Of a stretch of 64,000 bases of DNA, positions 1 to 12,103 are shown in pieces. Location of the stretch: the NCBI GenBank assembly GCA_002104905.1, contig MCFE01000136.1:62001-126000 (forward strand), in the 5' to 3' direction. Origin of the DNA: Basidiobolus meristosporus CBS 931.73. Taxonomy: Eukaryota > Fungi > Basidiobolomycota. Every line of letters starts with the position of its first letter. The stretch's first letter is position 1. A program made the translations under genes and the position numbers. A model generated the notes under the pieces. The model ran no database searches. It had not been told where the DNA came from and saw only the letters and a list, made by a program, of their open reading frames with translations.

Positions 1-385
1 GCTTTCTATTGATCTTACTTTAGTGCTAATAATTAAATATAGTGCCAGATAGTACCAGTGGACCAAGATAGTGCCATGCATATTTGTGACATGTTACAAG
101 CCACATGAGCTAGATTCAGAGTGCCATGGGTATTGAGTATCAGATGCATATCTTCAATTCTTTTATGCTCTTACACATCCTGCACAACATTGATCCACAA
201 AAAAACATCAAAAAATGGATTTTCTCCTGCATCATAGGTGAAACACAGGGGCTACTTTGCATGAAGATGCAGAGCAATGTTTCACACTCTGTGGCCAAGT
301 ATAGGTTCACTTGGCCTCTCTGGCACACTATGGCATCATTTGGCACTCATGGCTCAATGTGGCACTATCCAACAGAACAAGTCTA
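1..385. repeat. One arm of a foldback MITE (TAG-TIR family); runs off the left edge
   Basis: Ends in AACAAGTCTA at 385 and is the reverse complement of 37178-37580, including its spacer. Carries repeated ATAGTGCC/GGCACTAT subterminal motifs. Confidence 0.85.
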
Positions 386-489
386 ATATGCATGATGCAT
401 CTTGAATTACCATGATACAGATTGGATCTCATCAGCCTCAGATTTCCTATTTAACTATCAACTTATGGGTAGATCATCAGTAATATCAC

Positions 490-1436
490 CATGTCATTGC
501 TTGTGGATGAATTTAGCAACATAATGATAGGATGTGTGGCAATTGACAGAGATTTAGTCATAATGCAAGGAAAATCAGAGAAATTGAGCTGATTGCACCA
601 AAATGATTCAAATTACAGCTATACAATCACCTACCAATCTTAATATGACTTGTTCATCGCAATGGTATTTTCTGATGATCACATCACTACCAGCGGATTT
701 TCTTTTGTCACATTAGAGGTGATCTATAGCAAGTATTGTGGACCATCACTCCTATCTAATCAAGAAGATCCCTTATTAAGCTCCTCTGCTTTTACAAGAA
801 CTACAGCCCAACAAGGCTTCATCCCACCTTCCATGGCTGACTGCAATGGAGAACCACCTTGCCAAGGGTATAAATGAATTAGAACAAGCTTTGAATACTA
901 GGTTCAGAAGCTCCAATAGACTTCCATATTCCAGAGTGGGTAGCAGCAGGTTCCCTATCAGGGGAATTTTGGATACCTTTCTAGTCTGGATCAACATATC
1001 TCTGGGAGGCAAAGGCACTTTTATTTTGGGAAATACAAGGCATATGTGGAAAGTTCCAAGCCCTGTCTGACATTGAGGGTAATATTGTTGGCTCAGTGGG
1101 CCATTTGCTGGAAGTAGGCATGACAAAGCAATCTGGTTAGAGAATCATCCAGAGTTCAGTAGAGGGGAGAAATGAATTGCAGACTTAGCTTATGTGGGAG
1201 AGGATTGTCAGAGATTTTGATGTATTACAGCTCACAGGAAGCTAAGGAATGGTGTGCTAGGCAGGAAGCAGAAGTGCTACAAAGACATGGTTAAACATTT
1301 CCAAGTCAGAGTAGAGCATACATTTAAATATCTAAAGAGATTGAGCATATTGGCAGGTAATGACCAGGAAAAGTCATATATAGACCCTATGAAAGGTTAT
1401 TGTGAAGTGCCCATCAAAAGGCTATCACAAATTTAA
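490..1436 (-). mobile_element. Interior of a type-2 TAG-TIR element; decayed, unidentified coding-like sequence
   Basis: Homologous to 26170-27060, for example CACTCTGGAATATGGAAGTC on the minus strand in both. The 26-27 kb copy is contiguous with the TIR at 27367. No product recognised. Confidence 0.55.
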
Positions 1437-1691
1437 AAGACTTGTTCCGTTGGATAGTGCCACATAGAGCCAGCCTGCGTATAGTGCCAGATTGATCTGG
1501 CACCCTATGGCACTATCTGGCACTATAATTTCTACCATGATGCCAGTGGTATGATACAGTTACTGGTAATTTTACTCAATCTTACTTATGTTGCTCAAAA
1601 TAGTGCTTTCCTTGCTTTATTTACTCTTCATAATGCTCCAAAAATATTTCTCTCAGTGGATGTCTTCTTGTATGAGCATACTGTGCATTAA
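1437..1691 (+). repeat. Terminal segment (TIR plus subterminal repeats) of a type-2 TAG-TIR element, inverted relative to its interior
   Basis: Starts AAGACTTGTTCCGTTGGATAGTGCC and is the reverse complement of about 27115-27367. Confidence 0.75.
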
Positions 1692-2720
1692 TAGGCTTGT
1701 TCTGTTGGATAGTGCCACATTGAGCCATGAGTGCTAAATGATGCCATAGTGTGCCAGAGAGGCCAAGTGAACCTATACTTGGCCACAGAGTGTGAAAAGT
1801 GGTTCTGCATCTCCATGCAAAGCGGTGTGGTGGTGTAGAGGTACTCCTGGGAGAAGCTACACAACTCAAGGTGTGTGAGGTGTCTGATGGGTGCAATAAC
1901 CTCTGTGTCTAAACTGCTGGTGTCTTTGTCAATATGTCACTATGGTAAAAGCTCCTGCTTCTCTAGCTTCCTAGGTGCTCCAAGTGTCTCCAAAGGCCTC
2001 TGTGTGTCTTGTGCACTACCTTGAAAAGCTCCTTGATGGCAGGTCTGAGATGTACTGTTGAAGGCAGGTGCAGTGATCAGCTGCTAATCAATAAGGTAGA
2101 AGTGTTACTGATAGAAGGGATGATTTATTGATGAGGGATTGCTTTCCCTTAAATACTTTTCCTGATTGCCAAGTGATTACTAATGACAAGGTTCTAGAAG
2201 ATTCTAGGTATCAGTAGAATTCTTGATGACATCACTATGAGCTAAAAATATGCCAAGAATGTCCTGGAAGGTTCTAAAAGGCACAGCACTCTCAACCAAT
2301 CAGGAATCAGTAGTCTGAAACCTGTGCAACATAGAAATACCATATATGGTATTGAAATGGTAGAGATGGTAACACAGACCTAGGTCATGTGTCACGGGTA
2401 CTGACGCGGGTACTTGCCTTATATAGATACATCTACTGATCACAAAGCTGAATAACATCTGGGATAACTAATGCTAATAACTAATCAGGGTAAACATCAT
2501 ATGGGGATAATACTGATAATATGGGCAAAAAAAGAATGGGATAATACTGATAAGATAAAATATGGATAAGTATATCATAATGACTATATGAATAAACTTG
2601 TCTGTGGGAGGTATGTTTACCCTACCACAGCGGCCCCTGTGTTTCACCTATGATGGAGGAGAAAACCAATTTTTTGATATTTTTTTGTGGATCAATGTTG
2701 TGCAGGATGTGTAAGAGCAT
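1692..2720 (+). repeat. Left arm of the foldback MITE, interrupted by a solo LTR and truncated
   Basis: Starts TAGGCTTGTTCTGTTGGATAGTGCC and is colinear with about 37178-37410 once 1826-2629 is removed. It joins CACTA sequence at a CATA microhomology. Confidence 0.85.
1826..2629 (+). mobile_element. Solo LTR, lineage S, short subfamily (804 bp), TSD GCGG
   Basis: TGTGG...CCACA ends, flanked by gcgg on both sides. Near-identical to 6040-6843. The empty site is visible at about 37321-37340 and 241-260. Contains CCAAT, CArG, TATA-like and AATAAA motifs in that order. Confidence 0.9.
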
Positions 2721-4300
2721 ATTATTATCTGCATTGGAGATTCCCCCGCCATCAGCAAGATAGCAGGTTTTTCTGGGCACAATGGACGGTATTGCTGTTA
2801 TATGTGTGAGATCCAGGGGATTTACTCCATAACTCACACACTTTATTATTACCCAAACACCCGCACTAAGAACATCATCTTTCCACAGAGAGAACGTACA
2901 GAAGTAAGCATGCAATTGCAGCACACTTGGCAAGCTAGAAGCCATCAGCTGGAATATGGAATCAATTGGAAGCTGGAGATACTTAAGATAGAGGGTATCT
3001 GTTGGAGCAAAAGCTTTCCACTGGGAGCAATGCATTTGCTGTTCAACAATATCCCTATACTGATGACCAAGTTGCACATGGGGCATTTCAAGCTAAATGA
3101 GCCCTTCAAGATACCGGAGAAATTTGAAAAAATTGGCAAGATATTACAGAGTATCTGCTACCCTAAGCACTTCTCATGGGCTCCAATTAATATTCATATG
3201 CATATGCAATAATACAAATGCAAAGACTGGATGAACTGGATATGTATTTATTCAAGTGGTGTTCTGAAGCCATTACTACCAAGAGTACATTGGTATCATT
3301 GGGAGTCATATGTGGACATTGTAGGAATATTTATCCAGAAGCGGATCACCAATGCCAACTAGACGCATCTACAGCTGTTGTGTGAGGAGTTTGTGACGGG
3401 ATTTGAGCGGTTATACTACTAACATAAAGCTGAACGTGTAGATCTCTGCCACTACAGTATCCATTCTCTACTCCATCTTGCACTGTGTGTGGAGAACATT
3501 GGGCCTTGCTTCACCTTTTGGGAGTTTCCTATGAAGCATATGTGTGGGGAGATAGGAAGACAAGTCAAGTTGCAGGTACTACCATATCCCAATCTCATCA
3601 AGAATATTACCTTTAAGTCCGTCATAGATGTGATGAGTTGGCACATGGAGGACAGCCAGAAAGAGTTGGAAAATACTGAGGACAAATGTGCACATGGAGA
3701 CACCTATGCCTATGGCATTAAGAAGCTAAGCAGCCCCAATGCATGGGTAATCAGTTAAGTAATGCAAAGTTGGGTTGGGTGCAACAAGCAACTAATTTTT
3801 ATCAGGAAAACTCCACCAAGACATGCCAGATTTCTTGTGGTCACAAGCCAACTTCTACACCATTCAATACAGAATTCACACAAACAAAAGCCAGAGCACA
3901 CCTATAAGGGGAGCTAGAATCCAGCAGGGAAAAGGAATATATTGGCTAAATACCAAGAAGTTCTTTGCCAATATTCAGGAGGTATTCATGCCAGAAGTGG
4001 CAACAACCAAGCATATGTTTGCAAGATGTATATGCTACCAGCAGTACAAGGTATATGGCAACTTTGCAAGTATTGCACTAAAAAGCCGTAAAGTTGAGGT
4101 GATAGAAGTATGTCTATTGTGGCAGGTGTGCACGTTTGTAGAGGTTAGTTAGCAGGAGGCCATAGTTTTTTTGATTCAAACTATATGTGGAATACCCAAG
4201 GTTGTAGTGGGTAAGCAAATAAAGAAAGGTGATTCTACAGTGGAATATATGAATTGCACAAGGGGAGGTAGAAAAGGGAAATACCATTTGGTAAATTGGT
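2717..4300 (+). pseudogene. CACTA/EnSpm-type transposase, 3' half (DUF4218-type region), with stops
   Basis: Motifs SFPLGAMHLLFNN, YKCKDWMNW..IYS and HSLLHL...IGP...WEFPMKHMCG match known CACTA transposase C-terminal motifs. Confidence 0.85.
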
Positions 4301-4529
4301 ACGGTAGCATTATACATAACCAGCGGCAGGCCATCATACTGCCATAAAAAAAGCCATCAGAGTCTTGCTGCAAGGCCATCAAAATACCGTCAAGTTTCTT
4401 GCCATATAAGGCAATTGGAAGTCCTGGCCAACCGGATCCACTAAAAATAGTAATAGAGCACTGAAAGACCACAACAATAACATGCAAATATTGTCACAGC
4501 ACCAATCAAAAATTGTCAAGTTTTATCCC

Positions 4530-6877
4530 TTTATTTGGCTGAAAAATTTGCAATACACCGTCATGATCTTGTTATAAGATTGTCAGGAGGGTCACTAATT
4601 CCAAGCTGCTGTTATTATGACGGTCTCTGAACGGGATCTTGACGGATGATCTGGATTGGATCCACCCGCGGGACCAAATTATTTTTCATAGGGTTCAGGA
4701 GGAAGAATACAGACCGCAAGCAACATTGTCTAGATTGCACCAGCACGCCTTGCTGGATTCCTTACCATCTCTTGCAGCCACAGCATGCCAGCGCACATCA
4801 GTCCAGACTACGCCAACACCCTTTACCAGAACGCCCTGCATCAAGTCAACGCATGCGCTTCAGAGCAGAACTACTAGAACTTGCCAAACTGCTCATTTAG
4901 ACACAAGTCCATTAGAGTGGACCAAGTTGCATCAACATGCAGCATTACTTTGAACTCAGCCAAGGGCCATCTCAATGCGTTAAGTCATGCCTGCATATGC
5001 CGTTTTGCCTGACCATCAGCAAGTTACTTCTGGTGAACTGACTGATGGTGACCAACATGAAGTGCCTCAACCACCAGAGGCCTTGGCAAGTAAAAGAACA
5101 TGTCAGCACGTGGCACTCCAGGCTGGTTCAGTTGGCTCAGTGGGAGCAATTCAGCGCGGCCAAGCTGCAGCATTGCACTCATCAACTGGGAGGCAAAATA
5201 CTGACTACAAATACACAAGTAGCCAAGATGATAGTCAGCCAGGAAGTAGTATAGGTGTGCAAAGTGAGTCACTACCAAATGCTTCAGTAGTAATCCCTGT
5301 GAGAAAAAAACCCAGGAGAAGATGATGCAATTGCTTTGAATTGCTATTATTTGTAATGATCCCAACAACCCATTTTTTTTGCAATCCAAATCAAGCTATT
5401 GCAAATCAGTGATCATCAAATTTTTGATATAAGTAATATCAAGGTTGTCACACATTTGAGACAGAACCCCTATAAATAAACACCCTGCATATATATATAT
5501 CATCTGTAACACCAGTGCAGCTATTGGATCTGTTTTGCACCTACCCAATTGCTTGCATGCTAGCTATGACACCTTGCCCAATTACTAGGATCAGGGATTT
5601 ACTTGCTCAATGGGCAAAATGGGATATTTGATGGCAAATCAGGTAGATTGTTTAGTAGTCAATGAGCCAATTGGGAGCTGCCAGCTTCAGGATACTTTTG
5701 GACCAATTAACCACTGAGATACCATCCAATTGGAGTGATGGTAACTAAAATGGTAAGTATCAGTGTAGTTCATAGTGTGATACACATTTATTTCCATTTA
5801 CATTAAAGAAACATATCCAAATACTGGATTTTACCTGCCATAATAGTGGTATCCAATTGTGCACATGATGCAAACATTACAAGTTGACGTAATCATCCGT
5901 GCCAACCTCATTGTGTCAGATTGTGCCATAGTGTGCAAGATTGTCCCACATAATGTAAAATTGTCCTAGAATAATCCGGCCTACTGGTAGCTATAATATT
6001 GCACCTAATTGTTCTTTACAACCGTGGAATGCACCACGCTGTGGTAGTGTAGAGGTACACCTGGGAGAAGCTACACAACTCAAGGTGTGTGAGGTGTCTG
6101 ATGGGTGCAATAACCTCTGTGTCTAAACTGCTGGTGTCTTTGTCAATATGTCTCTATGGTAAAAGCTCCTGCTTCTCTAGCTTCCTAGGTGTTCCAAGTG
6201 TCTCTAAAGGCCTCTGTGTGTCTTGTGCACTACCCTGAAAAGCTCCTTGATGGCAGGTCTGAGATGTACTCTTGAAGGCAGGTGCAGTGATCAACTGCTA
6301 ATCAATAAGGTAGAAGTGTTACTGATAGAAGGGATGATTTATTGATGAGGGATTGCTTTCCCTTAAATACTTTTCCTGATTGCCAAGTGATTACTAATGA
6401 AAAGGTTCTAGAAGAATCTAGGGATCAGTGGAATTCTTGATGACATCACTATGAGCTAAAAGTATGCCAAGAGTATCCTGGAAGGTTCTAAACGGCACAG
6501 CACATCCAACCAATCAGGGATCAGCAGTCTGAAACCTGTGCAACATAGAAATACCATATATGGTATTGAAATGGTAGAAATGGTAACACAGACCTAGGTC
6601 ATGTGTTGTGGGTACTGACGTGGGTACTTGCCTTATGTAGATACATATACTGATCACAAAGCTGAATAACATCTGGGATAACTATTGCTAATAACTAATC
6701 AGGGTAAACATCATATGGGAATAATACTGAAAATATGTGCAAATGAAGAATGGGATAATACTGATAAGATAAAATATGGATAAGTAAATCATAATGGCTA
6801 TATGAATAAACTTGTCTGTGGGAGGTATGTTTACCCTACCACAGCGCGCCCTGGCATGGTACAATGGAACAAGTCTA
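4530..6877 (+). mobile_element. Type-3 TAG-TIR element (right end), interrupted by a solo LTR; left boundary uncertain
   Basis: Ends GGAACAAGTCTA at 6877. The part from about 4850 to 6039 plus 6844-6877 is the inverted copy of 9106-10344. Confidence 0.7.
6040..6843 (+). mobile_element. Solo LTR, lineage S, short subfamily (804 bp), TSD GCGC (left copy decayed to ACGC)
   Basis: TGTGG...CCACA ends and near-identical to 1826-2629. The empty site is the reverse complement of about 9125-9150. Confidence 0.9.
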
Positions 6878-6879
6878 AA

Positions 6880-7687
6880 GTCCTGTGACTGAAAAGTTCT
6901 GATCACATCAGGACACCATGAAAAGAGCATCAAAAAATAATTGCAACCATATTTCACAAAAACTTGGTCAAAATTTCTCTTCACAAATATACAAAAGTGG
7001 CTTTTGACTTGCTCTCTGTCAGTTTTCTCACTTTCTGATACCATACACTCTACCAACTCCTACATTTGTATGCTTTGAGTGGCAATTGCCTCTTTTTCAC
7101 ACTCCTTACTTCCTGACACTACCATTTCTCTTACTTTTCATGTATACAAATTGATTTATTTCTGTTGAAACTCCAGTTGAATCTCAATTGCCAGTTATAC
7201 TGACCTATACAATCTCCTATACCCTATACTAACATTAGACTATGTATTACCCGCTCATCCTGTTTCTGGACTATTTCCTGACTTCTCTGGGCCATTGCAT
7301 CTGTCCTATCAGCCACTGCACCTAATTGCTTCATTGATGCTTTGGTATGAGCTGAAAACATACTGCTGATACAGGTGGTGGTGATGTTATGATGGACAAT
7401 TGCTGGTCTTCAACCAAGGGTACTGCATTTGCTACATTCTCATCTGCATGAGCATACTGGTCAGCTTGTGGCTATGGAAAGTTTCTCAGTTACCTGCATT
7501 ACTGAGAGCCAGAGGAGTCCACATTAATACCTTTAGTAGGCACACTGCTAATATGGCCTTTTTGGGATGTAGCCCCGCTTGTTGCACTGAATGTCAAAGC
7601 AAGCTGTTGTCTAAATGTTCTTCTGCTGCCATCAGTGGTGTGGTCTGGTTGGGAAGCAGACATCATTGCTGTATTTTTTGGCGGCAT
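6880..7687 (-). pseudogene. Internally deleted remnant of the second gene (MPPKN...) of the CACTA-like element
   Basis: ATG at 7687 reads MPPKNTAMMSASQPDHTTDGSRR, homologous to 34998 (-) and 29881 (+). Confidence 0.65.
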
Positions 7688-7907
7688 ATATGGAAGTGAG
7701 TCAAACCAAAGGGGAAATAGTGTTACATACACATGCATATGTGGTACCACAACTTTATTGATATTGTTTACAATGGTGGGTCATCATTGAGTCTTACATT
7801 CATGTATGTGCAATGTCTCAAATACAAGACTGCCTTATACTCACATAAGTATTGACCAAGAAGTGATATCATAGCATTACATTGTTGAAGGTCAAACTGT
7901 TTGCCCC

Positions 7908-9105
7908 ATGGACAAGACTACCTTGACTCAATGCTGAAGAGAAGAGAAAAAAACCATGTGGCTATTGTGGCAAGCCTCTTGTCCATGAAGCACACAGACA
8001 GCATAGAAAGTATGATAGGATCACAACCAGTGTTTTGCCATGCAAGTCATATTAGACCATTCATTGGTCACTACTGTACCAATATTATCTTGCCAGCCAG
8101 TTGATACTTCTATTGTGGCACCTGTCCATCTTTGCCACCTTGCATAAACTAAGTCAGTTGAGCTTTTGATGCCTTTATGCTAACCTTAGCCATCTGAATA
8201 TGGCGTACAGAGTGATAGCTCTGACAAAAACAGTTCACTGGAGTATTGTGAGCCTATCTCCCCTAACAACAGTACCACATATGAGCCCCATCAAATCCTC
8301 ATATGCAATTAGACAACACCTGCTGAAACAAATGCCAAGGATACCTTATGGGGTCAAGTGAGCCCAGTAATCCATATACTAGTGAATGATGTAGTGATGT
8401 GGCTTGAGATATGGTGCATTTCCACTAATATAAGTAATGGATGCTTTGAGGATTTATTACCACTTCTTGCCAAAATCATTATGGGATGCCACTTACCATG
8501 TACATGGTATAAGTGGACAACCATCATGCAGCTGGCAACATACAAACCAGAGACTGTCCTGATTCCAGCATGTGTTAACAGTTGCATGGCAATCACATCC
8601 AAAAATGCTACCATTGCAACATGTCCAAATTGTCCAGAATCCAACAAAATTGAGGGAGAACATTGTTCACACTCTAGATATATTCCAGTAATACCCTGTC
8701 TTAGGAAGCTGATGCATTCCAACAAATATTGCAAGGCTATAAACTATTGCACTCATTATCAATCAAGCCCAAAAATATCCAATATATTCAATGGCAAATG
8801 TTGCAAATAGATAAGAAGCATAGGCTACTTTGAAGGTATATATGCCCATGCCTTTGACTTGGCACTTGCTGGATTCTCATCAAGCAAGTACTCTACCAGC
8901 AAATCCTGCTGCCCACTAATTCTCATCAATAGGAATCTGCCACCCATCTTACAGTATCAGAGCAATAATCTGACGGTAGTCTCACTGATATCTAGGCCCA
9001 AGTCACCACCCAACCTGGATAGCTACCTGTATCCATTGCTGGATGAATCTTGTATGCTTCCCAGCAGGATAACAGTAAATGGCTGTTATGTAAAGCACAA
9101 ATTAT
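7908..9105 (+). pseudogene. CACTA/EnSpm-type transposase, 5' half (Transposase_21-like), truncated by a TIR element
   Basis: Motifs PCGYCGKPL, IPACVNSCMA...CPNC, YIPVIPCLRKL and CPLILINRNLPP...LISRPKSPPNLDSYLYPLLDE. Confidence 0.88.
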
Positions 9106-10344
9106 TAGATTTGTTCCATTGTACTATGCTATGGCATGCAGCGCAATCCATGGTCTTTAAGAACAATAGGTTGCAATATTGTAGCTACCAGTAGGCAAGA
9201 TACCTCTTGGACAATTTTGCACCATGTGGGAAGATATCACACACTAAGCCACAATCTGACACAATGAGGTTGGCATATATGATTGCGCCAACATGTAATA
9301 TTTGTATTATGTGCGCAATTGGACACCTCTATTATGGTAGGTAAAATCCGGAATTGGACATGTCTCTTTAATGTATGGAGATAAATGCGTATTGCATTAT
9401 GAACTACACTGATACTTACTATTTTGGGAACCATTGCTCCAATTGGATGGTATCACAGTAGTTAATTGGTCCAAAAGTATCCTGAAGCTGTCAGCCCATA
9501 ATTGGCTCTTTGACCAATACACAAGCTGCCTGATTTGCCATCAAATATCCCATTTTGCCCATTGCCCAAGTAAATCCCTGATCCTAGTGATTGGACATAG
9601 CATCATAGCTAGCATGCAACCAGTTGAATAGGTGCAAAACAGATCAAATGGCTGCACTGGTGCCACAGGTGATGTATATATATGCAGGGTATTTATTTAT
9701 AGGGGTTCTGTCTCAAATGTGAGATGCCCTTGATATTGCTTATATCTAAAGTTTAGTGATCACCAATTTGCAATGGCTCAATGTTGATGGCAAAAAAATG
9801 TGTTGTGTTGATCATGACAATAATTGCAATTCAATGTAATTATATCATCTTCTCCTAGGTTTTTTTCTCACAAGGATTACTACTGAAGCATTTAGTATTG
9901 ATCCACTTTGCACACCTAAGCCATTTCCTTGCTAACTATCATTTTGGCTACTTGTGTATTTGTAGTCAGTATTTTGTCTCCTAGTTGATGAGTGTGATGC
10001 TGCAGCTTGGCCACGCTTAATTGCTCTGGATGATGCTATTAAGCTGGCCTGCAGTGCTATGCAATATCACATTCTTTTACTTGCCAAAGGCTCTGGTGTT
10101 GGAGGCACTTCACGTGGGTAATTATCAGTCAGCTCACCAGAAGAATCTTGCTGATGGTCAGATGTAATGCCATGAGCAGATGCAGCATGGTGTGCTGGCA
10201 AGGCCCTTGGATAAGTTCAATATGATGCTGCTTGTTGATGCAACTTGGCCCACTCCAATGGAATTGTGTCCAAATGAGAAGTTTGGCAAGTTCCGGTGGT
10301 TTAGTTCTGAAGCGCATGCAGTGACCTAACACACATTGACTCAA
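9106..10344 (-). mobile_element. Type-3 TAG-TIR element fragment (inverted copy of 4850-6877, without the LTR)
   Basis: Starts TAGATTTGTTCCATTG at 9106 and shows continuous reverse-complement homology to about 4850-6039. Confidence 0.8.
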
Positions 10345-10587
10345 TGTGCTAGCCCATCACATTCTTGACAGACTTGAAGGTAATAATCTTGATGAGACTG
10401 CAATATGGCAGTACCTGCAACTTGACTTGACTTCCTATCTTGCCACACATCTGCTCCATTGGAAACTCCCAAAAGGTGAAGGAAGGTCCAATATTCTCCT
10501 CACACCAAGCAAGATGAAGTAGAGAATGGATACAGTATGGTAGATATTTACATGTTCAGCTTCATGTTTGTAGTATACCAGCTCAAA
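10345..10587 (-). pseudogene. CACTA transposase fragment
   Basis: The minus strand reads ENIGPSFTFWEFPMEQMCG, homologous to about 3400-3640. Confidence 0.75.
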
Positions 10588-12103
10588 CATGTTTAGCTTT
10601 TCAGTATATCAGTATTATCTATCAAATCAGTAGCATTAGTCAGCAAATGAATCATCGGATCTTTATCAGACCAAAATAGATATATTGAGTAGGATCTTAT
10701 TGGGTGATGATGATGCAAACAAATGAGTCATCAGCCAAAGCATACATTAGAAAATACAATTAGTCAGCAATTGATCTGGCAAAGTGTATATAAGGAGCTG
10801 CTGGAACCGCAATAAAAATCAGCAAAAGTTTTGGTGAATACAGTACTAGCTAAACTCCCTATTCCTCTACAACTCTAATACCAACACTTGTAATATTGCT
10901 AGCAGCAATAACCAGAGGCTTCCCTCCTAAAGAAAGAAAAAGTTGCCCTCAAGATGTCCAAAAATCAAGAATGGAAGAATGCTATGCAGTAAATTCCTGG
11001 CAAACAGCAACAGTTACTCCAGATCCTTAGCCAGCAGCAACAAGGAACAACTACCATGGCCCAAAGCCAGCAAAACCCTGTCAAGCGCAACTTTGGTGTG
11101 AAAGTCAACTAGTACCATGGTAGATTCGATCAAAACCTGGGAACTTGGCTCTCCCAGATTGATGAAGCTTTCAAGACTAAGGGAATTGCTCCAGAAAGCA
11201 AGTTACATTATGCAGCCTATTACCTGGTAGATGCAGCTTTACAGTGGTACCACAACTAGATCAGGTCAGCCACTATGATGGGACACTCTACAATCTCTAC
11301 TGGGGATGTGTTTGTGTCAGAGATTCAGTAAGCCTTTGAGTCCCCACACCAACAGACACTACTAAGAGGAGAGTTGAAGACACTCAGACTGAAAGGAATG
11401 TACTCAGAGTATACCTATGAATATAGATGTCTGCTTGGATAAGTTGAAAGAATGGACCCCTGGATCAAGTTGAATACTTCATTGATGAGTTGAAAGAAAG
11501 TACTTGTAAGCAAGTGAATTATAGAAGACCTTGGACTATTGAAGTAGCCATTAAAATAGCCATTGACTATGACTCAGCTATGTTTGGAGTTGGGAAGCCC
11601 ACAATGACTTATCAGAGAGGCTACAATCACTATGAAAGAAAACAATCAGAAGCAGTGCCAATGGAAATAGATGCAATGCAGAAGAATGTAAGAGGAAAAG
11701 ACTTTACTTCAACTGCAACCAGCAGGGACATATTGCAAAGTACTGTGCTGCAAGAAGAAATGGATACCAGCCATCTAGAACCTTCAGCCATATTGAAGCC
11801 CTTGAGCATAGTAACATGGAGGATGAACTTGAAGAAGACTCAGGGCTCACCTTCCATATGACAGAAAAAAACCTATCCCAGATGACCCCAAACTTAGGAA
11901 AGCTATTATACTTGAATGGAGTAATCAATGAACTGCCTGCCAGGATCATGATTGACTCATGAACATGACATGAATATATGTCAGAGCAATTTGCATTGAA
12001 AGCTGGAATCAACTCAGAATCCACCAAATCAACATCAGTGCCAGCAGCATCAGCTGGGAACTATCAAATAATCAACCGTATCACTCAGCTAGTAAGGATG
12101 AAG

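Noticed and set aside
38-80. Spaced ATAGTGCC/GGCACTAT repeats resembling a CRISPR array
   Set aside because: Short, irregularly spaced, in both orientations and next to TIRs in a eukaryote; these are subterminal repeats.
126-386. Recurrent MGIEYQMHIF... ORFs (also 37151-37456 and 37673-37951)
   Set aside because: They lie in MITE arms and recur because the DNA is repeated; stops and ends differ between copies and no domain is recognisable.
1826-6843. The two short LTRs as the ends of one retrotransposon
   Set aside because: Each has its own TSD and empty-site homologue, and the DNA between them is CACTA/TIR sequence with no PBS, PPT or gag-pol.
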